From assembly GCA_964016885.1 (NCBI GenBank), contig CAXHJY010001375.1, forward strand, positions 1 to 52,440: a stretch of DNA of 52,440 nt, written 5' to 3'. The translations under genes and the position numbers were made by a program. Below the pieces are notes generated by a model, which worked only from the letters and a program-made list of their open reading frames with translations, made no database searches and was not told where the DNA came from. Shown here in pieces: positions 37,930 to 52,036 of the stretch. Source of the stretch: Eledone cirrhosa (Eukaryota). Numbering within the stretch: the stretch's first letter is position 1; each line of letters begins with the position of its first letter.

Positions 37930-38107
37930 CCTCTGGCTTATGATTTGGTCCGCGTAATAATAATAATGGTGATGCGTGGGGGTGGGGGTGGGTGGCTCTG
38001 GCTTATAATAATGGTGGTGATGCGGGGGGGGGGGCTCTGGCTTATGATTGGTCCACGTATTAAGTATGGTGGCGTGTGGGGGCGGGAGGGAGGGGTGTGG
38101 GGTAGCT
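37930..38107. repeat. Three imperfect G-rich ~40-70-bp repeats between LINE 5' end and array (possible promoter)
   Basis: CTCTGGCTTAT starts at about 37931, 37996 and 38035, each followed by a G-run. ATTGG (CCAAT on the minus strand) is at 38047 and GGGGCGGG at about 38079. Confidence 0.7.
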
Positions 38108-38377
38108 AGCTGGAAGGTTATGAATGTTTAACAAGCGATTTAACAAAAAGCAAAACTGCAAGATTTGTTCTGTTCAATACGACAAAAACACCGTATTTAA
38201 ACCTTAAATAGATAACAAAAAAATACAGATTTCGGATTTTGCGAGATTGGATGTTTGTTTGGACTGTGTACGGAATTGAGCGTGGAAATGGAGAGAAGGA
38301 TTGTACTTTACGGTTTACATGAGTCCATCATAGAAATAGTTGAAGCAAAGTGGATAAACATGAGGGAAAACTTATCT

Positions 38378-38412
<35 letters not shown>

Positions 38413-38881
38413 AGCTAAGCGAGAGATAGAGGGGAAGAAAGAGAGGGGGGGGAGATAGTGGCTGACCGCAGCCCCCTCGTGGAGAAGCAGGAGGGTGAAG
38501 GGGTGGATCGGCTTTTTGACTTTCAAGTAGCATACTATATATATTTAAAGTAATTTATAAGTAGAATGGGGAGGATTTTGTTTTTTTTTGTTTGAGAATA
38601 CGATAGAATTAAGCTGGAAGGTTATGAATGTTTAACAAGCGATTTAACAAAAAGCAAAACTGCAAGATTTGTTCTGTTCAATACGACAAAAACACCGTAT
38701 TTAAACCTTAAATAGATAACAAAAAAATACAGATTTCGGATTTTGCGAGATTGGATGTTTGTTTGGACTGTGTACGGAATTGAGCGTGGAAATGGAGAGA
38801 AGGATTGTACTTTACGGTTTACATGAGTCCATCATAGAAATAGTTGAAGCAAAGTGGATAAACATGAGGGAAAACTTATCT

Positions 38882-38916
<35 letters not shown>

Positions 38917-39386
38917 AGCTAAGCGAGAGATAGAGGGGAAGAAAGAGAGGGGGAGGGAGATAGTGGCTGACCGCAGCCCCCTCGTGGAGAAGCAGGAGGG
39001 TGAAGGGGTGGATCGGCTTTTTGACTTTCAAGTAGCATACTATATATATTTAAAGTAATTTATAAGTAGAATGGGGAGGATTTTGTTTTTTTTTGTTTGA
39101 GAATACGATAGAATTAAGCTGGAAGGTTATGAATGTTTAACAAGCGATTTAACAAAAAGCAAAACTGCAAGATTTGTTCTGTTCAATACGACAAAAACAC
39201 CGTATTTAAACCTTAAATAGATAACAAAAAAATACAGATTTCGGATTTTGCGAGATTGGATGTTTGTTTGGACTGTGTACGGAATTGAGCGTGGAAATGG
39301 AGAGAAGGATTGTACTTTACGGTTTACATGAGTCCATCATAGAAATAGTTGAAGCAAAGTGGATAAACATGAGGGAAAACTTATCT

Positions 39387-39421
<35 letters not shown>

Positions 39422-39890
39422 AGCTAAGCGAGAGATAGAGGGGAAGAAAGAGAGGGGGGGGAGATAGTGGCTGACCGCAGCCCCCTCGTGGAGAAGCAGG
39501 AGGGTGAAGGGGTGGATCGGCTTTTTGACTTTCAAGTAGCATACTATATATATTTAAAGTAATTTATAAGTAGAATGGGGAGGATTTTGTTTTTTTTTGT
39601 TTGAGAATACGATAGAATTAAGCTGGAAGGTTATGAATGTTTAACAAGCGATTTAACAAAAAGCAAAACTGCAAGATTTGTTCTGTTCAATACGACAAAA
39701 ACACCGTATTTAAACCTTAAATAGATAACAAAAAAATACAGATTTCGGATTTTGCGAGATTGGATGTTTGTTTGGACTGTGTACGGAATTGAGCGTGGAA
39801 ATGGAGAGAAGGATTGTACTTTACGGTTTACATGAGTCCATCATAGAAATAGTTGAAGCAAAGTGGATAAACATGAGGGAAAACTTATCT

Positions 39891-39925
<35 letters not shown>

Positions 39926-40395
39926 AGCTAAGCGAGAGATAGAGGGGAAGAAAGAGAGGGGGAGGGAGATAGTGGCTGACCGCAGCCCCCTCGTGGAGAA
40001 GCAGGAGGGTGAAGGGGTGGATCGGCTTTTTGACTTTCAAGTAGCATACTATATATATTTAAAGTAATTTATAAGTAGAATGGGGAGGATTTTGTTTTTT
40101 TTTGTTTGAGAATACGATAGAATTAAGCTGGAAGGTTATGAATGTTTAACAAGCGATTTAACAAAAAGCAAAACTGCAAGATTTGTTCTGTTCAATACGA
40201 CAAAAACACCGTATTTAAACCTTAAATAGATAACAAAAAAATACAGATTTCGGATTTTGCGAGATTGGATGTTTGTTTGGACTGTGTACGGAATTGAGCG
40301 TGGAAATGGAGAGAAGGATTGTACTTTACGGTTTACATGAGTCCATCATAGAAATAGTTGAAGCAAAGTGGATAAACATGAGGGAAAACTTATCT

Positions 40396-40430
<35 letters not shown>

Positions 40431-40900
40431 AGCTAAGCGAGAGATAGAGGGGAAGAAAGAGAGGGGGGGGGAGATAGTGGCTGACCGCAGCCCCCTCGTG
40501 GAGAAGCAGGAGGGTGAAGGGGTGGATCGGCTTTTTGACTTTCAAGTAGCATACTATATATATTTAAAGTAATTTATAAGTAGAATGGGGAGGATTTTGT
40601 TTTTTTTTGTTTGAGAATACGATAGAATTAAGCTGGAAGGTTATGAATGTTTAACAAGCGATTTAACAAAAAGCAAAACTGCAAGATTTGTTCTGTTCAA
40701 TACGACAAAAACACCGTATTTAAACCTTAAATAGATAACAAAAAAATACAGATTTCGGATTTTGCGAGATTGGATGTTTGTTTGGACTGTGTACGGAATT
40801 GAGCGTGGAAATGGAGAGAAGGATTGTACTTTACGGTTTACATGAGTCCATCATAGAAATAGTTGAAGCAAAGTGGATAAACATGAGGGAAAACTTATCT

Positions 40901-40935
<35 letters not shown>

Positions 40936-41405
40936 AGCTAAGCGAGAGATAGAGGGGAAGAAAGAGAGGGGGGGGGAGATAGTGGCTGACCGCAGCCCCC
41001 TCGTGGAGAAGCAGGAGGGTGAAGGGGTGGATCGGCTTTTTGACTTTCAAGTAGCATACTATATATATTTAAAGTAATTTATAAGTAGAATGGGGAGGAT
41101 TTTGTTTTTTTTTGTTTGAGAATACGATAGAATTAAGCTGGAAGGTTATGAATGTTTAACAAGCGATTTAACAAAAAGCAAAACTGCAAGATTTGTTCTG
41201 TTCAATACGACAAAAACACCGTATTTAAACCTTAAATAGATAACAAAAAAATACAGATTTCGGATTTTGCGAGATTGGATGTTTGTTTGGACTGTGTACG
41301 GAATTGAGCGTGGAAATGGAGAGAAGGATTGTACTTTACGGTTTACATGAGTCCATCATAGAAATAGTTGAAGCAAAGTGGATAAACATGAGGGAAAACT
41401 TATCT

Positions 41406-41440
<35 letters not shown>

Positions 41441-41910
41441 AGCTAAGCGAGAGATAGAGGGGAAGAAAGAGAGGGGGGGGGAGATAGTGGCTGACCGCAG
41501 CCCCCTCGTGGAGAAGCAGGAGGGTGAAGGGGTGGATCGGCTTTTTGACTTTCAAGTAGCATACTATATATATTTAAAGTAATTTATAAGTAGAATGGGG
41601 AGGATTTTGTTTTTTTTTGTTTGAGAATACGATAGAATTAAGCTGGAAGGTTATGAATGTTTAACAAGCGATTTAACAAAAAGCAAAACTGCAAGATTTG
41701 TTCTGTTCAATACGACAAAAACACCGTATTTAAACCTTAAATAGATAACAAAAAAATACAGATTTCGGATTTTGCGAGATTGGATGTTTGTTTGGACTGT
41801 GTACGGAATTGAGCGTGGAAATGGAGAGAAGGATTGTACTTTACGGTTTACATGAGTCCATCATAGAAATAGTTGAAGCAAAGTGGATAAACATGAGGGA
41901 AAACTTATCT

Positions 41911-41945
<35 letters not shown>

Positions 41946-42415
41946 AGCTAAGCGAGAGATAGAGGGGAAGAAAGAGAGGGGGGGGGAGATAGTGGCTGAC
42001 CGCAGCCCCCTCGTGGAGAAGCAGGAGGGTGAAGGGGTGGATCGGCTTTTTGACTTTCAAGTAGCATACTATATATATTTAAAGTAATTTATAAGTAGAA
42101 TGGGGAGGATTTTGTTTTTTTTTGTTTGAGAATACGATAGAATTAAGCTGGAAGGTTATGAATGTTTAACAAGCGATTTAACAAAAAGCAAAACTGCAAG
42201 ATTTGTTCTGTTCAATACGACAAAAACACCGTATTTAAACCTTAAATAGATAACAAAAAAATACAGATTTCGGATTTTGCGAGATTGGATGTTTGTTTGG
42301 ACTGTGTACGGAATTGAGCGTGGAAATGGAGAGAAGGATTGTACTTTACGGTTTACATGAGTCCATCATAGAAATAGTTGAAGCAAAGTGGATAAACATG
42401 AGGGAAAACTTATCT

Positions 42416-42450
<35 letters not shown>

Positions 42451-42919
42451 AGCTAAGCGAGAGATAGAGGGGAAGAAAGAGAGGGGGGGGAGATAGTGGC
42501 TGACCGCAGCCCCCTCGTGGAGAAGCAGGAGGGTGAAGGGGTGGATCGGCTTTTTGACTTTCAAGTAGCATACTATATATATTTAAAGTAATTTATAAGT
42601 AGAATGGGGAGGATTTTGTTTTTTTTTGTTTGAGAATACGATAGAATTAAGCTGGAAGGTTATGAATGTTTAACAAGCGATTTAACAAAAAGCAAAACTG
42701 CAAGATTTGTTCTGTTCAATACGACAAAAACACCGTATTTAAACCTTAAATAGATAACAAAAAAATACAGATTTCGGATTTTGCGAGATTGGATGTTTGT
42801 TTGGACTGTGTACGGAATTGAGCGTGGAAATGGAGAGAAGGATTGTACTTTACGGTTTACATGAGTCCATCATAGAAATAGTTGAAGCAAAGTGGATAAA
42901 CATGAGGGAAAACTTATCT

Positions 42920-42954
<35 letters not shown>

Positions 42955-43424
42955 AGCTAAGCGAGAGATAGAGGGGAAGAAAGAGAGGGGGGGGGAGATA
43001 GTGGCTGACCGCAGCCCCCTCGTGGAGAAGCAGGAGGGTGAAGGGGTGGATCGGCTTTTTGACTTTCAAGTAGCATACTATATATATTTAAAGTAATTTA
43101 TAAGTAGAATGGGGAGGATTTTGTTTTTTTTTGTTTGAGAATACGATAGAATTAAGCTGGAAGGTTATGAATGTTTAACAAGCGATTTAACAAAAAGCAA
43201 AACTGCAAGATTTGTTCTGTTCAATACGACAAAAACACCGTATTTAAACCTTAAATAGATAACAAAAAAATACAGATTTCGGATTTTGCGAGATTGGATG
43301 TTTGTTTGGACTGTGTACGGAATTGAGCGTGGAAATGGAGAGAAGGATTGTACTTTACGGTTTACATGAGTCCATCATAGAAATAGTTGAAGCAAAGTGG
43401 ATAAACATGAGGGAAAACTTATCT

Positions 43425-43459
<35 letters not shown>

Positions 43460-43929
43460 AGCTAAGCGAGAGATAGAGGGGAAGAAAGAGAGGGGGGGGG
43501 AGATAGTGGCTGACCGCAGCCCCCTCGTGGAGAAGCAGGAGGGTGAAGGGGTGGATCGGCTTTTTGACTTTCAAGTAGCATACTATATATATTTAAAGTA
43601 ATTTATAAGTAGAATGGGGAGGATTTTGTTTTTTTTTGTTTGAGAATACGATAGAATTAAGCTGGAAGGTTATGAATGTTTAACAAGCGATTTAACAAAA
43701 AGCAAAACTGCAAGATTTGTTCTGTTCAATACGACAAAAACACCGTATTTAAACCTTAAATAGATAACAAAAAAATACAGATTTCGGATTTTGCGAGATT
43801 GGATGTTTGTTTGGACTGTGTACGGAATTGAGCGTGGAAATGGAGAGAAGGATTGTACTTTACGGTTTACATGAGTCCATCATAGAAATAGTTGAAGCAA
43901 AGTGGATAAACATGAGGGAAAACTTATCT

Positions 43930-43964
<35 letters not shown>

Positions 43965-44434
43965 AGCTAAGCGAGAGATAGAGGGGAAGAAAGAGAGGGG
44001 GGGGGAGATAGTGGCTGACCGCAGCCCCCTCGTGGAGAAGCAGGAGGGTGAAGGGGTGGATCGGCTTTTTGACTTTCAAGTAGCATACTATATATATTTA
44101 AAGTAATTTATAAGTAGAATGGGGAGGATTTTGTTTTTTTTTGTTTGAGAATACGATAGAATTAAGCTGGAAGGTTATGAATGTTTAACAAGCGATTTAA
44201 CAAAAAGCAAAACTGCAAGATTTGTTCTGTTCAATACGACAAAAACACCGTATTTAAACCTTAAATAGATAACAAAAAAATACAGATTTCGGATTTTGCG
44301 AGATTGGATGTTTGTTTGGACTGTGTACGGAATTGAGCGTGGAAATGGAGAGAAGGATTGTACTTTACGGTTTACATGAGTCCATCATAGAAATAGTTGA
44401 AGCAAAGTGGATAAACATGAGGGAAAACTTATCT

Positions 44435-44469
<35 letters not shown>

Positions 44470-44939
44470 AGCTAAGCGAGAGATAGAGGGGAAGAAAGAG
44501 AGGGGGGGGGAGATAGTGGCTGACCGCAGCCCCCTCGTGGAGAAGCAGGAGGGTGAAGGGGTGGATCGGCTTTTTGACTTTCAAGTAGCATACTATATAT
44601 ATTTAAAGTAATTTATAAGTAGAATGGGGAGGATTTTGTTTTTTTTTGTTTGAGAATACGATAGAATTAAGCTGGAAGGTTATGAATGTTTAACAAGCGA
44701 TTTAACAAAAAGCAAAACTGCAAGATTTGTTCTGTTCAATACGACAAAAACACCGTATTTAAACCTTAAATAGATAACAAAAAAATACAGATTTCGGATT
44801 TTGCGAGATTGGATGTTTGTTTGGACTGTGTACGGAATTGAGCGTGGAAATGGAGAGAAGGATTGTACTTTACGGTTTACATGAGTCCATCATAGAAATA
44901 GTTGAAGCAAAGTGGATAAACATGAGGGAAAACTTATCT

Positions 44940-44974
<35 letters not shown>

Positions 44975-45444
44975 AGCTAAGCGAGAGATAGAGGGGAAGA
45001 AAGAGAGGGGGGGGGAGATAGTGGCTGACCGCAGCCCCCTCGTGGAGAAGCAGGAGGGTGAAGGGGTGGATCGGCTTTTTGACTTTCAAGTAGCATACTA
45101 TATATATTTAAAGTAATTTATAAGTAGAATGGGGAGGATTTTGTTTTTTTTTGTTTGAGAATACGATAGAATTAAGCTGGAAGGTTATGAATGTTTAACA
45201 AGCGATTTAACAAAAAGCAAAACTGCAAGATTTGTTCTGTTCAATACGACAAAAACACCGTATTTAAACCTTAAATAGATAACAAAAAAATACAGATTTC
45301 GGATTTTGCGAGATTGGATGTTTGTTTGGACTGTGTACGGAATTGAGCGTGGAAATGGAGAGAAGGATTGTACTTTACGGTTTACATGAGTCCATCATAG
45401 AAATAGTTGAAGCAAAGTGGATAAACATGAGGGAAAACTTATCT

Positions 45445-45479
<35 letters not shown>

Positions 45480-45949
45480 AGCTAAGCGAGAGATAGAGGG
45501 GAAGAAAGAGAGGGGGGGGGAGATAGTGGCTGACCGCAGCCCCCTCGTGGAGAAGCAGGAGGGTGAAGGGGTGGATCGGCTTTTTGACTTTCAAGTAGCA
45601 TACTATATATATTTAAAGTAATTTATAAGTAGAATGGGGAGGATTTTGTTTTTTTTTGTTTGAGAATACGATAGAATTAAGCTGGAAGGTTATGAATGTT
45701 TAACAAGCGATTTAACAAAAAGCAAAACTGCAAGATTTGTTCTGTTCAATACGACAAAAACACCGTATTTAAACCTTAAATAGATAACAAAAAAATACAG
45801 ATTTCGGATTTTGCGAGATTGGATGTTTGTTTGGACTGTGTACGGAATTGAGCGTGGAAATGGAGAGAAGGATTGTACTTTACGGTTTACATGAGTCCAT
45901 CATAGAAATAGTTGAAGCAAAGTGGATAAACATGAGGGAAAACTTATCT

Positions 45950-45984
<35 letters not shown>

Positions 45985-46454
45985 AGCTAAGCGAGAGATA
46001 GAGGGGAAGAAAGAGAGGGGGGGGGAGATAGTGGCTGACCGCAGCCCCCTCGTGGAGAAGCAGGAGGGTGAAGGGGTGGATCGGCTTTTTGACTTTCAAG
46101 TAGCATACTATATATATTTAAAGTAATTTATAAGTAGAATGGGGAGGATTTTGTTTTTTTTTGTTTGAGAATACGATAGAATTAAGCTGGAAGGTTATGA
46201 ATGTTTAACAAGCGATTTAACAAAAAGCAAAACTGCAAGATTTGTTCTGTTCAATACGACAAAAACACCGTATTTAAACCTTAAATAGATAACAAAAAAA
46301 TACAGATTTCGGATTTTGCGAGATTGGATGTTTGTTTGGACTGTGTACGGAATTGAGCGTGGAAATGGAGAGAAGGATTGTACTTTACGGTTTACATGAG
46401 TCCATCATAGAAATAGTTGAAGCAAAGTGGATAAACATGAGGGAAAACTTATCT

Positions 46455-46489
<35 letters not shown>

Positions 46490-47456
46490 AGCTAAGCGAG
46501 AGATAGAGGGGAAGAAAGAGAGGGGGGGGGAGATAGTGGCTGACCGCAGCCCCCTCGTGGAGAAGCAGGAGGGTGAAGGGGTGGATCGGCTTTTTGACTT
46601 TCAAGTAGCATACTATATATATTTAAAGTAATTTATAAGTAGAATGGGGAGGATTTTGTTTTTTTTTGTTTGAGAATACGATAGAATTAAGCTGGAAGGT
46701 TATGAATGTTTAACAAGCGATTTAACAAAAAGCAAAACTGCAAGATTTGTTCTGTTCAATACGACAAAAACACCGTATTTAAACCTTAAATAGATAACAA
46801 AAAAATACAGATTTCGGATTTTGCGAGATTGGATGTTTGTTTGGACTGTGTACGGAATTGAGCGTGGAAATGGAGAGAAGGATTGTACTTTACGGTTTAC
46901 ATGAGTCCATCATAGAAATAGTTGAAGCAAAGTGGATAAACATGAGGGAAAACTTATCTTATATATATATGTGTGTGTGTGTGTGTAGCTAAGCGAGAGA
47001 TAGAGGGGAAGAAAGAGAGGGGGGGGGAGATAGTGGCTGACCGCAGCCCCCTCGTGGAGAAGCAGGAGGGTGAAGGGGTGGATCGGCTTTTTGACTTTCA
47101 AGTAGCATACTATATATATTTAAAGTAATTTATAAGTAGAATGGGGAGGATTTTGTTTTTTTTTGTTTGAGAATACGATAGAATTAAGCTGGAAGGTTAT
47201 GAATGTTTAACAAGCGATTTAACAAAAAGCAAAACTGCAAGATTTGTTCTGTTCAATACGACAAAAACACCGTATTTAAACCTTAAATAGATAACAAAAA
47301 AATACAGATTTCGGATTTTGCGAGATTGGATGTTTGTTTGGACTGTGTACGGAATTGAGCGTGGAAATGGAGAGAAGGATTGTACTTTACGGTTTACATG
47401 AGTCCATCATAGAAATAGTTGAAGCAAAGTGGATAAACATGAGGGAAAACTTATCT

Positions 47457-47491
<35 letters not shown>

Positions 47492-47961
47492 AGCTAAGCG
47501 AGAGATAGAGGGGAAGAAAGAGAGGGGGGGGGAGATAGTGGCTGACCGCAGCCCCCTCGTGGAGAAGCAGGAGGGTGAAGGGGTGGATCGGCTTTTTGAC
47601 TTTCAAGTAGCATACTATATATATTTAAAGTAATTTATAAGTAGAATGGGGAGGATTTTGTTTTTTTTTGTTTGAGAATACGATAGAATTAAGCTGGAAG
47701 GTTATGAATGTTTAACAAGCGATTTAACAAAAAGCAAAACTGCAAGATTTGTTCTGTTCAATACGACAAAAACACCGTATTTAAACCTTAAATAGATAAC
47801 AAAAAAATACAGATTTCGGATTTTGCGAGATTGGATGTTTGTTTGGACTGTGTACGGAATTGAGCGTGGAAATGGAGAGAAGGATTGTACTTTACGGTTT
47901 ACATGAGTCCATCATAGAAATAGTTGAAGCAAAGTGGATAAACATGAGGGAAAACTTATCT

Positions 47962-47996
<35 letters not shown>

Positions 47997-48466
47997 AGCT
48001 AAGCGAGAGATAGAGGGGAAGAAAGAGAGGGGGGGGGAGATAGTGGCTGACCGCAGCCCCCTCGTGGAGAAGCAGGAGGGTGAAGGGGTGGATCGGCTTT
48101 TTGACTTTCAAGTAGCATACTATATATATTTAAAGTAATTTATAAGTAGAATGGGGAGGATTTTGTTTTTTTTTGTTTGAGAATACGATAGAATTAAGCT
48201 GGAAGGTTATGAATGTTTAACAAGCGATTTAACAAAAAGCAAAACTGCAAGATTTGTTCTGTTCAATACGACAAAAACACCGTATTTAAACCTTAAATAG
48301 ATAACAAAAAAATACAGATTTCGGATTTTGCGAGATTGGATGTTTGTTTGGACTGTGTACGGAATTGAGCGTGGAAATGGAGAGAAGGATTGTACTTTAC
48401 GGTTTACATGAGTCCATCATAGAAATAGTTGAAGCAAAGTGGATAAACATGAGGGAAAACTTATCT

Positions 48467-48501
<35 letters not shown>

Positions 48502-48971
48502 AGCTAAGCGAGAGATAGAGGGGAAGAAAGAGAGGGGGGGGGAGATAGTGGCTGACCGCAGCCCCCTCGTGGAGAAGCAGGAGGGTGAAGGGGTGGATCG
48601 GCTTTTTGACTTTCAAGTAGCATACTATATATATTTAAAGTAATTTATAAGTAGAATGGGGAGGATTTTGTTTTTTTTTGTTTGAGAATACGATAGAATT
48701 AAGCTGGAAGGTTATGAATGTTTAACAAGCGATTTAACAAAAAGCAAAACTGCAAGATTTGTTCTGTTCAATACGACAAAAACACCGTATTTAAACCTTA
48801 AATAGATAACAAAAAAATACAGATTTCGGATTTTGCGAGATTGGATGTTTGTTTGGACTGTGTACGGAATTGAGCGTGGAAATGGAGAGAAGGATTGTAC
48901 TTTACGGTTTACATGAGTCCATCATAGAAATAGTTGAAGCAAAGTGGATAAACATGAGGGAAAACTTATCT

Positions 48972-49006
<35 letters not shown>

Positions 49007-49476
49007 AGCTAAGCGAGAGATAGAGGGGAAGAAAGAGAGGGGGGGGGAGATAGTGGCTGACCGCAGCCCCCTCGTGGAGAAGCAGGAGGGTGAAGGGGTG
49101 GATCGGCTTTTTGACTTTCAAGTAGCATACTATATATATTTAAAGTAATTTATAAGTAGAATGGGGAGGATTTTGTTTTTTTTTGTTTGAGAATACGATA
49201 GAATTAAGCTGGAAGGTTATGAATGTTTAACAAGCGATTTAACAAAAAGCAAAACTGCAAGATTTGTTCTGTTCAATACGACAAAAACACCGTATTTAAA
49301 CCTTAAATAGATAACAAAAAAATACAGATTTCGGATTTTGCGAGATTGGATGTTTGTTTGGACTGTGTACGGAATTGAGCGTGGAAATGGAGAGAAGGAT
49401 TGTACTTTACGGTTTACATGAGTCCATCATAGAAATAGTTGAAGCAAAGTGGATAAACATGAGGGAAAACTTATCT

Positions 49477-49511
<35 letters not shown>

Positions 49512-49981
49512 AGCTAAGCGAGAGATAGAGGGGAAGAAAGAGAGGGGGGGGGAGATAGTGGCTGACCGCAGCCCCCTCGTGGAGAAGCAGGAGGGTGAAG
49601 GGGTGGATCGGCTTTTTGACTTTCAAGTAGCATACTATATATATTTAAAGTAATTTATAAGTAGAATGGGGAGGATTTTGTTTTTTTTTGTTTGAGAATA
49701 CGATAGAATTAAGCTGGAAGGTTATGAATGTTTAACAAGCGATTTAACAAAAAGCAAAACTGCAAGATTTGTTCTGTTCAATACGACAAAAACACCGTAT
49801 TTAAACCTTAAATAGATAACAAAAAAATACAGATTTCGGATTTTGCGAGATTGGATGTTTGTTTGGACTGTGTACGGAATTGAGCGTGGAAATGGAGAGA
49901 AGGATTGTACTTTACGGTTTACATGAGTCCATCATAGAAATAGTTGAAGCAAAGTGGATAAACATGAGGGAAAACTTATCT

Positions 49982-50016
<35 letters not shown>

Positions 50017-50486
50017 AGCTAAGCGAGAGATAGAGGGGAAGAAAGAGAGGGGGGGGGAGATAGTGGCTGACCGCAGCCCCCTCGTGGAGAAGCAGGAGGG
50101 TGAAGGGGTGGATCGGCTTTTTGACTTTCAAGTAGCATACTATATATATTTAAAGTAATTTATAAGTAGAATGGGGAGGATTTTGTTTTTTTTTGTTTGA
50201 GAATACGATAGAATTAAGCTGGAAGGTTATGAATGTTTAACAAGCGATTTAACAAAAAGCAAAACTGCAAGATTTGTTCTGTTCAATACGACAAAAACAC
50301 CGTATTTAAACCTTAAATAGATAACAAAAAAATACAGATTTCGGATTTTGCGAGATTGGATGTTTGTTTGGACTGTGTACGGAATTGAGCGTGGAAATGG
50401 AGAGAAGGATTGTACTTTACGGTTTACATGAGTCCATCATAGAAATAGTTGAAGCAAAGTGGATAAACATGAGGGAAAACTTATCT

Positions 50487-50521
<35 letters not shown>

Positions 50522-50991
50522 AGCTAAGCGAGAGATAGAGGGGAAGAAAGAGAGGGGGGGGGAGATAGTGGCTGACCGCAGCCCCCTCGTGGAGAAGCAG
50601 GAGGGTGAAGGGGTGGATCGGCTTTTTGACTTTCAAGTAGCATACTATATATATTTAAAGTAATTTATAAGTAGAATGGGGAGGATTTTGTTTTTTTTTG
50701 TTTGAGAATACGATAGAATTAAGCTGGAAGGTTATGAATGTTTAACAAGCGATTTAACAAAAAGCAAAACTGCAAGATTTGTTCTGTTCAATACGACAAA
50801 AACACCGTATTTAAACCTTAAATAGATAACAAAAAAATACAGATTTCGGATTTTGCGAGATTGGATGTTTGTTTGGACTGTGTACGGAATTGAGCGTGGA
50901 AATGGAGAGAAGGATTGTACTTTACGGTTTACATGAGTCCATCATAGAAATAGTTGAAGCAAAGTGGATAAACATGAGGGAAAACTTATCT

Positions 50992-51026
<35 letters not shown>

Positions 51027-51496
51027 AGCTAAGCGAGAGATAGAGGGGAAGAAAGAGAGGGGGGGGGAGATAGTGGCTGACCGCAGCCCCCTCGTGGAGA
51101 AGCAGGAGGGTGAAGGGGTGGATCGGCTTTTTGACTTTCAAGTAGCATACTATATATATTTAAAGTAATTTATAAGTAGAATGGGGAGGATTTTGTTTTT
51201 TTTTGTTTGAGAATACGATAGAATTAAGCTGGAAGGTTATGAATGTTTAACAAGCGATTTAACAAAAAGCAAAACTGCAAGATTTGTTCTGTTCAATACG
51301 ACAAAAACACCGTATTTAAACCTTAAATAGATAACAAAAAAATACAGATTTCGGATTTTGCGAGATTGGATGTTTGTTTGGACTGTGTACGGAATTGAGC
51401 GTGGAAATGGAGAGAAGGATTGTACTTTACGGTTTACATGAGTCCATCATAGAAATAGTTGAAGCAAAGTGGATAAACATGAGGGAAAACTTATCT

Positions 51497-51531
<35 letters not shown>

Positions 51532-52001
51532 AGCTAAGCGAGAGATAGAGGGGAAGAAAGAGAGGGGGGGGGAGATAGTGGCTGACCGCAGCCCCCTCGT
51601 GGAGAAGCAGGAGGGTGAAGGGGTGGATCGGCTTTTTGACTTTCAAGTAGCATACTATATATATTTAAAGTAATTTATAAGTAGAATGGGGAGGATTTTG
51701 TTTTTTTTTGTTTGAGAATACGATAGAATTAAGCTGGAAGGTTATGAATGTTTAACAAGCGATTTAACAAAAAGCAAAACTGCAAGATTTGTTCTGTTCA
51801 ATACGACAAAAACACCGTATTTAAACCTTAAATAGATAACAAAAAAATACAGATTTCGGATTTTGCGAGATTGGATGTTTGTTTGGACTGTGTACGGAAT
51901 TGAGCGTGGAAATGGAGAGAAGGATTGTACTTTACGGTTTACATGAGTCCATCATAGAAATAGTTGAAGCAAAGTGGATAAACATGAGGGAAAACTTATC
52001 T

Positions 52002-52036
<35 letters not shown>

